Shown here in pieces: positions 11,449 through 21,960 of a DNA stretch of 31,826 nt (position 1 is its first letter; every line of letters begins with the position of its first letter). A program made the translations under genes and the position numbers. This DNA comes from Bulinus truncatus. Taxonomy: Eukaryota. The notes beneath the pieces are model-generated. The model worked only from the letters and a program-made list of their open reading frames with translations, did not search any database and had not been told where the DNA came from. The stretch covers positions 5,913,217-5,945,042 of the forward strand of contig JAGDYQ010000025.1 in the NCBI GenBank assembly GCA_021962125.1, given 5' to 3'.

Positions 11449-12553
11449 TAAAAGAGTAACAATTGTTGCTGTAATATTGATCTGTGTAACAATTGTTGCT
11501 GTAATATTGAACTATGTAACACTTGTTGCTGTAATATTGAACTGTGAAACAATTGTTGCTGTAATGTTTAACTTTGTAACAATTGTTGCTGTAATACTGA
11601 GCTATTTAACAATTTTTGCTGTAATATTGAACTATACTGTAATATTAAACTATGTAACAATTGTTGCTGTAATATTGAACTGTGTAACCATTGTTGCTGT
11701 AATATTGAGCTGTGTAATAATTGTTGCTGTAATATTGAACTATGTAACAATTGTTGCTGTAATATTGAACTATGTAACAATTGTTGCTGTAATATTGAAC
11801 TATGTAACAATTGTTGCTGTAATATTGAACTGTGTAACAATGGTTGCTGTAATATTGAACTGCCTGACAATTGTTGCTGTAATATTGAACTATTTAACAA
11901 TTGTTGCTGTAATATTGAACTATGTAACAATTGTTGCTGTAATATTGAACTATGTAACAATTGTTGCTGTAATATTGAACTATGTAACAATTGTTGCTGT
12001 AATATTGAACTATGTAACAATTGTTGCTGTAATATTGAACTATGTAACAATTGTTGCTGTAATATTGAACTATGTAACAATTGTTGCTGTAATATTGAAC
12101 TATGTAACAATTGTTGCTGTAATATTGAACTATGTAACAATTGTTGCTGTAATATTGAACTATGTAACAATTGTTGCTGTAATATTGAACTATGTAACAA
12201 TTGTTGCTGTAATATTGAACTATGTAACAATTGTTGCTGTAATATTGAACTATGTAACAATTGTTGCTGTAATATTGAACTATGTAACAATTGTTGCTGT
12301 AATATTGAACTATGTAACAATTGTTGCTGTAATATTGAACTATGTAACAATTGTTGCTGTAATATTGAACTATGTAACAATTGTTGCTGTAATATTGAAC
12401 TATGTAACAATTGTTGCTGTAATATTGAACTATGTAACAATTGTTGCTGTAATATTGAACTATGTAACAATTGTTGCTGTAATATTGAACTATGTAACAA
12501 TTGTTGCTGTAATATTGAACTATGTAACAATTGTTGCTGTAATATTGAACTAT
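11449..12553. repeat. 30-bp satellite (ctatgtaacaattgttgctgtaatattgaa) of about 1.1 kb with roughly 37 copies, inside a GPCR intron.
   Basis: Highly homogeneous central copies with diverged edges. It is open in six frames, which yields the spurious 382-, 320- and 244-aa ORFs. Confidence 0.95.
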
Positions 12554-13136
12554 TGTTGTGGTTTTTAATCTACTCAGGTTAATAAATTGTTTCAATCTAT
12601 TTTTTAAATCTTCATACAATAGGAACAAACACTGTATTAATTAACGGCCTACGTTCATGTCGTATGAGATCTCTGGTTATTTCTACTCAGTTAATGTGCT
12701 GACAGCATATAGGGGCTACGTCACAGATCATTTTCTGATAACATGAAATAAATTAATTTAAAAAAAAAATATCTTGATAGAAAAGTAAATAATATTTACA
12801 GAAAAAACAAAATTATGAAAATAAAAAAAATCATAGATAGCATGCTGATATTATAAACAGTTGGCAGTGGCCATGACAGATATGTCTCATGTGCGGTCTT
12901 CGAAGTACGCGGGGTCTAGGACGAGTGATTCGAGAGCTAAGTCAGGGACGGTCGCCCCAGATGCCACACCCTAAGGCAAGTACTGGACTCATGAGAGAGC
13001 TAAAGATTAGTAGAGGTAGTATGTGTCTCTGAGGTCCACGCCCGCCCCATCCATATATCCACTGGTACACCAAACATTTCCCATTCTTGTTATTGTCACT
13101 AATTGTCAAGTTTATTTCTTTTCGCCCGCCATTAAT

Positions 13137-13335
13137 GTACACATCTCACCATACTTTGACCTACTTTATGTACACATCTCACCTTATTTTGACCTACTTT
13201 ATGTACACATCTCACCTTATTTTGACCTACTTTATGTACACATCTCACCGTATTTTGACCTACGTTATGTACACATCTCACCGTATTTTGACCTACTTTA
13301 TGTACACATCTCACCTTATTTTGACCTACTTTAGT
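13137..13335. repeat. 33-bp minisatellite (tacacatctcaccttattttgacctactttatg) with about 6 copies, ending about 80 bp upstream of the acceptor of the final GPCR exon.
   Basis: Tandem periodicity. The 103-aa and 84-aa ORFs here are artefacts. Confidence 0.9.
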
Positions 13336-13416
13336 AAATGATCTTTACTGTATTTAAGTGTTAGAATTATAACGTTCTTCATCTTGATTAATAGATATAT
13401 TTTTTTTATATCACAG

Positions 13417-14142
13417 GTTTTCCAAGAAAGTCAGTACAATTTGCTCCATGCTGTAAGCCTGCTGTTAGCTATGTCATCATCTGTAGCCAACCCTGTCATG
13501 TATGGTTGGTTCAATACCAACTTTAGGAAAGCATTTTGTGAGTTGCTCGGTTTCCAGGAGGTTGTTAGCGGAAACTTAAAATTTTCTAGCAACGACAGAC
13601 ATCATAAAAAATATTCAAGCTTAAGGAACCACCAGGAATACAATCAACTGTCCAGACCGCCAGTCAATTTTGACACCCAACTACCGCGGTTCCATTCCTC
13701 CCCAGTTTTAAGAATGCGCACTGGCAGGCATAGTTTGAATGACTTGTCAATGACTGACCGGAAACAGTTTTCTTTAGATAAATGTATGAAATGTTCACAC
13801 AGTCTTCATGACTTAAAACATTACAGATATAAAGAAGAAACATCATTACTGGAATACCAGCAAAATGCACTAGCTAAAGAAATCAGGTTGAAAATGACAG
13901 AGAGAAACCCTCTAGTGGTACACGGCCATGATGGTGTGTCTATAGGCCATCCTTATGGAGTGGAGTCCCTGCACAGACGAGATTGTTATATGGCTCATCA
14001 TGAATCTAGTTTAGCGATTTGTTCCCCGGATGACAAGACCGTCAGTCTTCATCTGCTCAATGTGGTGGTGGAAGTGTCCCCGGAGACCCGCTCCACCCAC
14101 CGGGCGCACAGCTCCAGCGATTTAGATACGGACTTGAAATAA
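13417..14142 (+). CDS. GPCR terminal exon: TM7 with NPxxY, helix 8 and a long C-terminal tail, ending at TAA 14140-14142.
   Basis: Translation VFQESQYNLLHAVSLLLAMSSSVANPVMYGWFNTNFRKAFCELL... NPVMYGWFNTNFRKAF aligns with NPY1R NPIFYGFLNKNFQRDL. Acceptor tatcacag at 13409-13416. The phase is continuous with the exon ending at 8836. This is a continuous 242-codon ORF. Confidence 0.85.
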   Translation, partial: VFQESQYNLLHAVSLLLAMSSSVANPVMYGWFNTNFRKAFCELLGFQEVVSGNLKFSSNDRHHKKYSSLRNHQEYNQLSRPPVNFDTQLPRFHSSPVLRMRTGRHSLNDLSMTDRKQFSLDKCMKCSHSLHDLKHYRYKEETSLLEYQQNALAKEIRLKMTERNPLVVHGHDGVSIGHPYGVESLHRRDCYMAHHESSLAICSPDDKTVSLHLLNVVVEVSPETRSTHRAHSSSDLDTDLK

Positions 14143-14149
14143 ATTCTCA

Positions 14150-14290
14150 CAGGAGGGTGGAATCGAATACAAAGTGTTTTGTCTGTGTAAGTAAGGAAAA
14201 CAGTGTGTGATAAGGGCAGAATCGAATACTTGATTTTTTTTTCTGTGTAAGGAGGGTGAAATCGAATACTTGACGCTTTGTCTGTATAAA
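14150..14290. repeat. Three copies of a roughly 45-bp motif (ggagggtgaaatcgaatac...gtctgtgtaag), located in the presumed GPCR 3'UTR immediately after the stop codon.
   Basis: Direct repeats beginning 10 bp after TAA at 14140-14142. Confidence 0.8.
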
Positions 14291-16667
14291 ACGTGTTTTC
14301 TACAAAATTATGCCATAAGCTAAAAAAGAAAATAGGTGAACGTCCAAAAACAGAGTTGCACTAAAACCTTTATGTTTTGATTTATAAATAGTTTTCCTTT
14401 ACTTACAGTATCGGTAATCGTTTTTAATAGAAGATAACACTGTAACAAAATACAAACATCGACTTCAAGTTGTTCTTACTGGCCTTTTTAAGTTATACAA
14501 ATAATAAGACTGTTAAACCTCACGACATATATTTTAGTTGCTCGGTGTTTGACGAGATAGATCGTGGACAGATTTCTCTTTATTGCTTTAATACGCACAT
14601 TGTGTGTGATTCAACGTGAATGTTTGAATTCGCCTTTTTTGTTGTACAAAGTAAATGTTAAACTCACAATGTTGTTTATTTATCACCTCGTCAACATGTT
14701 CATTAAACACAATTATCTACACCATTTTGTTTTGTTTATAATTTCAGTGTATATTTCTATTTAATATGTTATTCTTACTTGTGTTTTGAGAACATAACAC
14801 CTAAAGCCGCTCTTAAGGATTGCTAATATACGGAGCCACAGCTTAAGTGATCGAGGGGAGGGGGGGGGGAAGGACCATATTTGTGACTTTTATACTGTTA
14901 CCAAACATGACTAGCATGACTTTAAAAAAGTTCAGAAAGCGCCCTCTGTTGTAAAAGAAAAATTTATTCGGGCCAAAAATTTACAAGTGGCATCACAGAC
15001 AGCGGTTTGTTTGTCAAGGATCTTAAATGTTACTTTGTACCAGTCACACCCCCACCCCCTTCCCCAAGTGTAACTTTGCCGAGGGCTCCCAGATGTTACG
15101 CTCCCGGGCCTCCATGATGTGAGATCGATCCTGTAAGCATGTAAACTATCATCTACCCACGCATCATACCATAAAAGAAATATTGTATCTTCTTATCAGA
15201 CATATTCAAGTAACTTATGTAAACTTTACCTTTACACTTACGTTGTCCCTATAGATTAGACAATTTATTTTACTTGTACAAAAGGTGAAGTCTTGTGATA
15301 ATGCAAGCCATAGCCCACTGACAACAAAACGTTCTTTGTTTAATGGGATTTTATAAAAATAAAAAAAATAATCTTTATAACCTCTTTTGATGTGATGTCA
15401 TCATTATTTAAATCTGTCAACACTGTTTATTGGAGTATTATTAAAAAAAATGTAGTTCAAGTAGAATTAAGATACCCACCTCTTGGATATTGGAAACACT
15501 TTGTGACCTTTTGTAATTTAATGTAGTCTAGTGTTTATTTCTACTCTAATTGTGTCTGTGTCAATAATGTGTGTGTGTCTGTGTTTGTGAGCATTTGTAT
15601 GTAAAGGTCACCTAAGCAGCATGCGTCCAGTCTATAGCCAGAAAACGTAATATTAGGCCATAAACCAGGAGTAACCAAATGCAGTTCATAGAATTCTTCG
15701 ATGACTTTTGTGCGCCTCCCAATATGGCGGTTATTTTAACCTACTTTTAATGACTGTTGCTGGGTAAATTTTGATAAAAATGCTAGAGTCGAGCTCTTTA
15801 AAGTATTTCTAACTACATAAACCCGGGTCGGCTCTCAACATCCAATCCTGCTATGTACCGTAAAATAAAGGGGCCGCTATGTAAACTTTTAATCGCAAAT
15901 TCCCTTGGGTATATTGGCATAAATCATTTCAATTTTTCTAATCTTTTGATTACTTCTAGTAAATATTTTAACATAAAGCATTTGATAAAATGAAACATAA
16001 GAAATCAATGTATAAATCAAGGGATCGAAAAGTAGATTTCTTTCAAGTTAACTCTAAGTGTCATGACCTAACCTCTCAACTTGACTATTATCTGGCCACA
16101 CCCTTTCATACAATAAATGGAATGCACATGTCTTTGTTTCTGCATCAGCCAATATTTACAACTCGTTATAAAACCCAGCTGCCATCTGTGTGTGTGGAAA
16201 CAAATGGCGATTGTGACATCAACTCTTTCACTACCTATAAAGTTAGATCCAGACCGAGGCTTATCTCTGGGCAGACGATGATTTAGGGCTCTACGGAGGT
16301 CGACTTTATTTTTTTTTATAACATTGTACCCAACGATGTAGGCAACTAGACCTAGTCACGCGATCCGTGGGTGTAGTCTGTTGATGTCAAAATGTTTTGG
16401 TTTTTTTTTTATTATTATTAACAACTTGTGATGTCAATATCAAACCGAGTGTGTGAATCCAACAACACAAACTGTACCACTGTACTGCAAGGTTCTCTGA
16501 ACTGAACGACTTTCTATATTCTTTTTTAACTTGATTGACCTTATTTTTTTAAAAGATTTCTTGTCAATCTAGTTATTACTTTAGTTAAAGTACACAGTGA
16601 AACCAGGCACATTAGCGAGGCTAGGGTACAAAACTAGCTGCAAATATCGATTATTCGCGAATATGGA

Positions 16668-17425
16668 GTGAGACTCACTACAATACGTAGTTCTAGACAT
16701 GGTGTGGCGCCAGACTCACTACAATACGTAGTTCTAGAAATGGTGTGGCGTCAGACTCACTACAATACGTAGTTCTAGACATGGTGTGGCGCCAGACTCA
16801 CTACAATACGTAGTTCTAGAAATGGTGTGGCGTCAGACTCACTACAATACGTAGTTCTAGACATGGTGTGGCGCCAGACTCACTACAATACGTAGTTCTA
16901 GACATGGTGTGGCGCCAGACTCACTACAATACGTAGTTCTAGACATGGTGTGGCGCCAGACTCACTACAATACGTAGTTCTCGACATGGTGTGGCGCCAG
17001 ACTCACTACAATACGTAGTTCTCGACATGGTGTGACGCCAGACTCACTATAATACGTAGTTCTAGAAATGGTGTGGCGCCAGACTCACTACAATACGTAG
17101 TTCTAGAAATGGTGTGGCGCCAGGCTCACTACAATACGTAGTTCTAGAAATGAAGTGGCGCCAGACTCACTACAGTACGTAGTTCTAGAAATGAAGTGGC
17201 GCCAGACTCACTACAATAGAAATGGTGTGGCGCCAGACTCACTACAATACGTAGTTCTAGAAATGAAGTGGCGCCAGACTCACTACAATACGTAGTTCTA
17301 GAAATTGTGTGGCGCCAGACTCACTACAATACGTAGTTCTAGAAATGAAGTGGCGCCAGACTCACTACAGTACGTAGTTCTAGAAATGAAGTGGCGCCAG
17401 ACTCACTACAGTACGTAGTTCTAGA
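16668..17425. repeat. 41-bp satellite (agactcactacaatacgtagttctagacatggtgtggcgcc) with about 18 copies.
   Basis: Direct tandem periodicity with the variants agacatgg and agaaatgaag. Confidence 0.95.
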
Positions 17426-17961
17426 CAAGTTCCTTTAAAAAAAAACGGTTCATAAAACAGGAATATGGTTTGTTTTTACGTTAATGATACGGACATGCTC
17501 AAAAAAAATACAACAACACGCAAATACTTTATCCCCTTAGTGTTTTATTTTTAGTTACTTTTGTCCCGCCGTGTTTACATCCACTGACAATAAATTTTAT
17601 GATACTTTAATTTAGCAGTATTTGAATGACTTACGAACATTGAGCTATGGTAGCATTGCCTACTTAGTGTATTTATGATGCTATACCAAGAATGATGTCA
17701 GGAATGGTGGGGCTTTTGTTGATGCGGGTCAAGGGAGATAAACAAGTAAGCCAAAAATGCAGAAAAATCTTTTCTTCACATGTCATCGAAGATATGAAGG
17801 CCAGGAGCGGATAAAAAGAGGGATCACGAGCTCAGCAGTACATATTAAATCTCTATAAATTACAATTACGGTTTGGCGCTCAGAAGTCAGGGCCGTTAAA
17901 TTCGCCTCTGATTAAAGCTGCTGTAAAATATTTACTTAATATATTACTGATATTTATAAAC

Positions 17962-18400
17962 TGAAATGTATTCTAATATATTGTAATGTATTAAAATGTA
18001 ATATTATGTATTATTATGTATTATTTTGTATTATTATATATTCTAATGTATTTTAATATAATGTGAAATATAATGTAATATAATGTAATATAATGTATTC
18101 TAATGTAATATAATGTAAAATATAATGTATTCTAATATAATATATTGTATTATAATGTAAAATATAATGTATTATAATGTAATATAATGTAAAATATATT
18201 GTATTATTATGTAATACAATGTATTATAATGTATTTTAATGTAATATAATGTATTCTAATGTAATATATTGTATTTTTATGTAATATATTGTATTTTAAT
18301 GTAATATATTGTATTATAATGTAATATAATGTATTATAATGTAATATAATGTATTATAATGTAATATATTGTATTATAATGTATTCTAATGCTACTTGTC
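17962..18400. repeat. AT-rich 10-bp-period simple repeat (tgtaatataa / tgtattataa)n.
   Basis: Visible periodicity. Confidence 0.85.
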
Positions 18401-18478
18401 ATGTTATATGTCCATCAGTGCTGCTGCCAGATAATATTTGGGACATTGATTATCTCCATGAACTGGTGAACTTTGATC

Positions 18479-19970
18479 TTAGGGGCTGTTCATTAATTAT
18501 GTCAACAATTTTTTGGCGATTTTTACATTCCCCCGTTCCCCTTGTCAACAACTTGTCAAACTTACAGAGACCCCCCCCCACCCCATATAAACGTATCAAC
18601 ATTCGACAATAAAATGGGGAAAAAAATACTTTAAATAGACTAGTTTACAACTACAACAAAAAAGTGAATAAATGTAAAATGTTTGAAAAAAAAGTTAAAT
18701 AAACTTTTAACTTATGAATATATTTCTAATTTATAACTATAAAGGCCTACCCTAAACAGAAAAAGAGATTATAGGGTTTAAAAAATTGTATACACATTAC
18801 ACCTTTAAATTATGAACATATTTCAAATTAAATATCACTTTAAAGACTATTTAAATGTTTACAAAGACTTGTTCTAACTTCAAGCAGAAACGAGATTAAA
18901 AAGTTAAACTATAAATACACTTTTAAGTTATTAACATAATATTTTACAAACAAATACAAATCTTATATCCTAGCCTCTATATCTTCCCATGGAAATGTCA
19001 AATGTTCCTCAATTGTTATTATTGGCATAGGTTCTGGCTGAATAATTTCTTGTGGAACCGCAACAACAGATGAGTATATATTTTCTTCATCTAGCCATTC
19101 TGCGCGCATTTCCCCATGAGCAATAATTGTCATGAGCTCTCTGTCTTTTGGCAACCACTCGCATTGGACGAATTCTTTGCATGTAGTATTTGACTGGGGG
19201 CAGGCATACATTGTTTGTGCTGTTGAACGTGCTTCTTTAACATGGCTTGCGATGCAACATAAAGGTGACAGATTTTACAGATTAGTTCAAACTATAGCAG
19301 CTGAATAGATGGACAACATATATCACGCAGAAGAATTTTGAATGCTTTTTGTAGTATGTTTTCAACTTTCACAGACTGATTGAAAAAAATAGATGGAAAT
19401 CTATGTGAGTTTTTATCAGATACATCTGGTGCTTTAAGGCCCTCATTAGTTTGGCAGACTGGAATTGGTGGGGGTATAAATCTATCAGCCATAATATCAA
19501 AGCACGAGCTTCTAAGCGGTTGGCAACATTTGACAACTTGTAGAAAGTACTGACTTGTTCTTACAAGTACTTGATCTTTAATTATTAAATTTTCAACTTC
19601 AAGCTCAGACTTTTCAGGCACAATGTACACTGCCACTGATGGAAAATTGTCTATGCTTACTTGCTTCCATATTTCTGTCAATGTTTCGCCAGCATATTTC
19701 AGGTTTATTTTTCTCAACTTTTCATCAATTGTTCGACCTTGTGTCAATGTGGCTTCCAAAATGTTTATGTGGCAAAATTAGTAGGAATATAGTTAGTTTA
19801 ATTAAAATACTGAAGGTTGGGTGAGTGTATAACACAGAAATACAAAGGCAGTTTAATTATCCGTTGTTAAGTAATTAAATGAATTTAAAGAAAATAACAT
19901 TGTTGACGTCAACTTTTCTTGACCTCACCCTCCCCCTATTTTGTTGACATAATTAACGGACAACCCCTTA
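18479..19970. mobile_element. DNA-transposon-like element of about 1.49 kb bounded by imperfect 30-bp terminal inverted repeats and containing the unidentified ORF pair.
   Basis: The left end ttaggggctgttcattaattatgtcaacaa (18479-18508) matches the reverse complement of 19941-19970, taaggggttgtccgttaattatgtcaacaa, at 26 of 30 positions. Both ends carry subterminal gtcaacaa / ttgtcaaca repeats and C-rich tracts. The right end abuts a (CA)n run. Confidence 0.55.
18963..19759 (-). pseudogene. Unidentified coding region on the minus strand. It consists of a 155-aa ORF (19759-19292) and an 82-aa ORF (19211-18963) that are offset by one frame. It could be a frameshifted gene, a gene with a short intron, or the ORF of a transposable element. 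No homolog was recognised.
   Basis: Two long stop-free stretches sit in a ~33% GC background where random ORFs this long are rare. The second frame stays open back to within about 15 nt of the first ORF's stop codon. The pair lies inside a 30-bp TIR-bounded unit (18479-19970). Confidence 0.35.
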
Positions 19971-20026
19971 CACACACACACACACACCGATCGCTAAGCA
20001 ATTAATATCGTAGACTAATGTAACTC

Positions 20027-20405
20027 ACGACTCATTTATCAGTAGTGAAACACTCAAGACTTATTTATCAGTAGTGAAACACTCAAGACTCATTTATCAG
20101 TAGTGAAACACTCAAGACTTATTTATCAGTAGTGAAACACTCAAGACTTATTTATCAGTAGTGAAACACTCAAGACTTATTTATCTGTAGTGAAACACTC
20201 AAGACTTATTTATCAGTAGTGAAACACTCAAGACTTATTTATCTGTAGTGAAACACTCAAGACTTATTTATCAGTAGTGAAACACTCAAGACTTATTTAT
20301 CAGTAGTGAAACACTCAAGACTTATTTATCAGTAGTGAAACACTCAATACTCATTTATCAGTAGTGAAACACTCAAGACTTATTTATCAGTAGTGAAACA
20401 CTCAT
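20027..20405. repeat. 29-bp minisatellite (actcaagacttatttatcagtagtgaaac) with about 13 copies.
   Basis: Tandem periodicity. It lies immediately downstream of the TIR element and its (CA)n run. Confidence 0.95.
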
Positions 20406-21379
20406 GATCAAAACTAGACTTAGAAAGTGTGGAATTTGATAGGGAACGAATAATTTATCACCCAGGCTGCATACATGATTCTTTAATGTCCATAATTTTG
20501 AATACCCGGCAGCTCATTAGTCAAAAGTTAAGTTCATTGGTGCCGACTCCGCTTCTGAAAAGGGGGTGGGGGCAATAGAGAGCAACTGTTTTAGTTTACT
20601 TACCAGGATGTTAAGACATTGATTTAACTAGGTACTGCAACAAATGATAAATATTGCAATGTAACATTGATAGCCCATTAACATAGCATTGAAATATTTT
20701 CATAGCAAGAACAGAAAAGAAAGGGTTTTATAACTTTAAGAAAAAGTCATTGAATTGAATTCACAGACAAGTACTTTTGTTATCAAAAGCAACAACAACT
20801 ATATTTCAATAATATCCATCCATTAGTATAGAACCAAAGTTCTATTTCAGCCATAATCATGAATGACTATCAAATCTTAATGAAAAGCTAAATAATAATC
20901 TAGCTAATCCCTCGCTAATCCGATCACAAACTTTTACATTCATCCGAAACAGATAAAGAGTTTTAAAATGTAAAGATCAGTGAAGAAACGTGTTTTCGAA
21001 ACTTACGCTGTATGATTATTTACTTAGTGATAAACGTTCAAACACCAGTTGACTGTATCAGTAAGTAGATACTGTAATATGTCATTTATCTTCATTATTC
21101 CCAGCGATCCACTCAAGTATGAGATTATAAGTAGACTCTCGGGACCCAGAGAAAATCATGTTTATATTTAGACAGAGAGATAATACTAAGTCAAAGTTGT
21201 CTTTAAGCAAAGAAACAAGTTGCACACAACGGGGGATCATAGACTCATAGGGAAATGTGTCTTTTTCTTTACATTCATGTAACAGCTGAGTGTCAGTAGT
21301 GTGGAAAAAACTAATAGTCACTATGAGTATTGTAAACTATAAAAAAATTTTCTTAACCTCTCATTTTTCTGATATCCTT

Positions 21380-21960
21380 TAACAGTATATTTTTGGCGCC
21401 ACCACTGCTAGCATGACAGAGTGTTGTGTGCCATCCGCAAGAGCTTCATTGGCGCCGCATGATGCGTGTCTGCCATGCCTACAGAGCGGCGGTGTGAATG
21501 TGTCTACTACATCTGCCAGGGGACGGATGATCATGTGGTAAAGCACTCGACAGTCGACCTGAAAGTCCCTGGTGTGATCTCCGGTGAGGACCAATGGATA
21601 TTTGTCATGGCTTAAGTCCCCGCTATATCTCCCGTGGTGCCTCCATGGCCATTGCACTATCGGCTATGATAGGGATGAAAAAAGGAAACCATCCCATTAG
21701 TGGTTTATGGGATCTAAGAGATTTCATCTCATCCTTACAGGGACTGCACACACTACATCTACCAGCATGGCAGAAAAAGGGCGGCTGAAAAAAGCAGGCT
21801 GCGAGAATACCTGAGTGGGACAGAGTGGAATGGTGTTGTGCTGACACCATCCGTCACAAACCCCCAGCTGTGAATACCATGTTCACTGCTTTACCTCATT
21901 GGCTGTGGTATTACCACTGGCGCAAAAAGGTTTTTTTTTCTAATCTGGCCAGAAGACACC
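21380..21960. mobile_element. GC-rich interspersed repeat, SINE-like, containing A-box-like ...cagtggt... motifs.
   Basis: There is an abrupt rise in GC content relative to the flanks. The segment 21610-21760 recurs in diverged form at 30160-30300, and its tail is related to the 57-bp satellite at 1808-2140. The ORFs called here on both strands are not credible proteins. Confidence 0.45.

Noticed and set aside
11420-12628. 382-, 320- and 244-aa ORFs on both strands
   Set aside because: They are purely periodic translations of the 30-bp satellite, which is open in all frames. The peptides are low-complexity repeats and the region sits inside a GPCR intron.
12840-13030. GC-rich segment screened for tRNA or 5S-like genes
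   Set aside because: No cloverleaf-compatible A-box and B-box spacing and no GGTTCGANTCC motif were found. The function is unassigned.
15990-16286. 98-aa + strand ORF
   Set aside because: No recognisable domain and no splice or codon-bias support in AT-rich intergenic DNA. It is probably a chance ORF.
8870-20405. Tandem arrays considered as CRISPR arrays
   Set aside because: This is a eukaryotic locus. The arrays are direct tandem repeats with no unique spacers, no cas genes and no leader. They are minisatellites.
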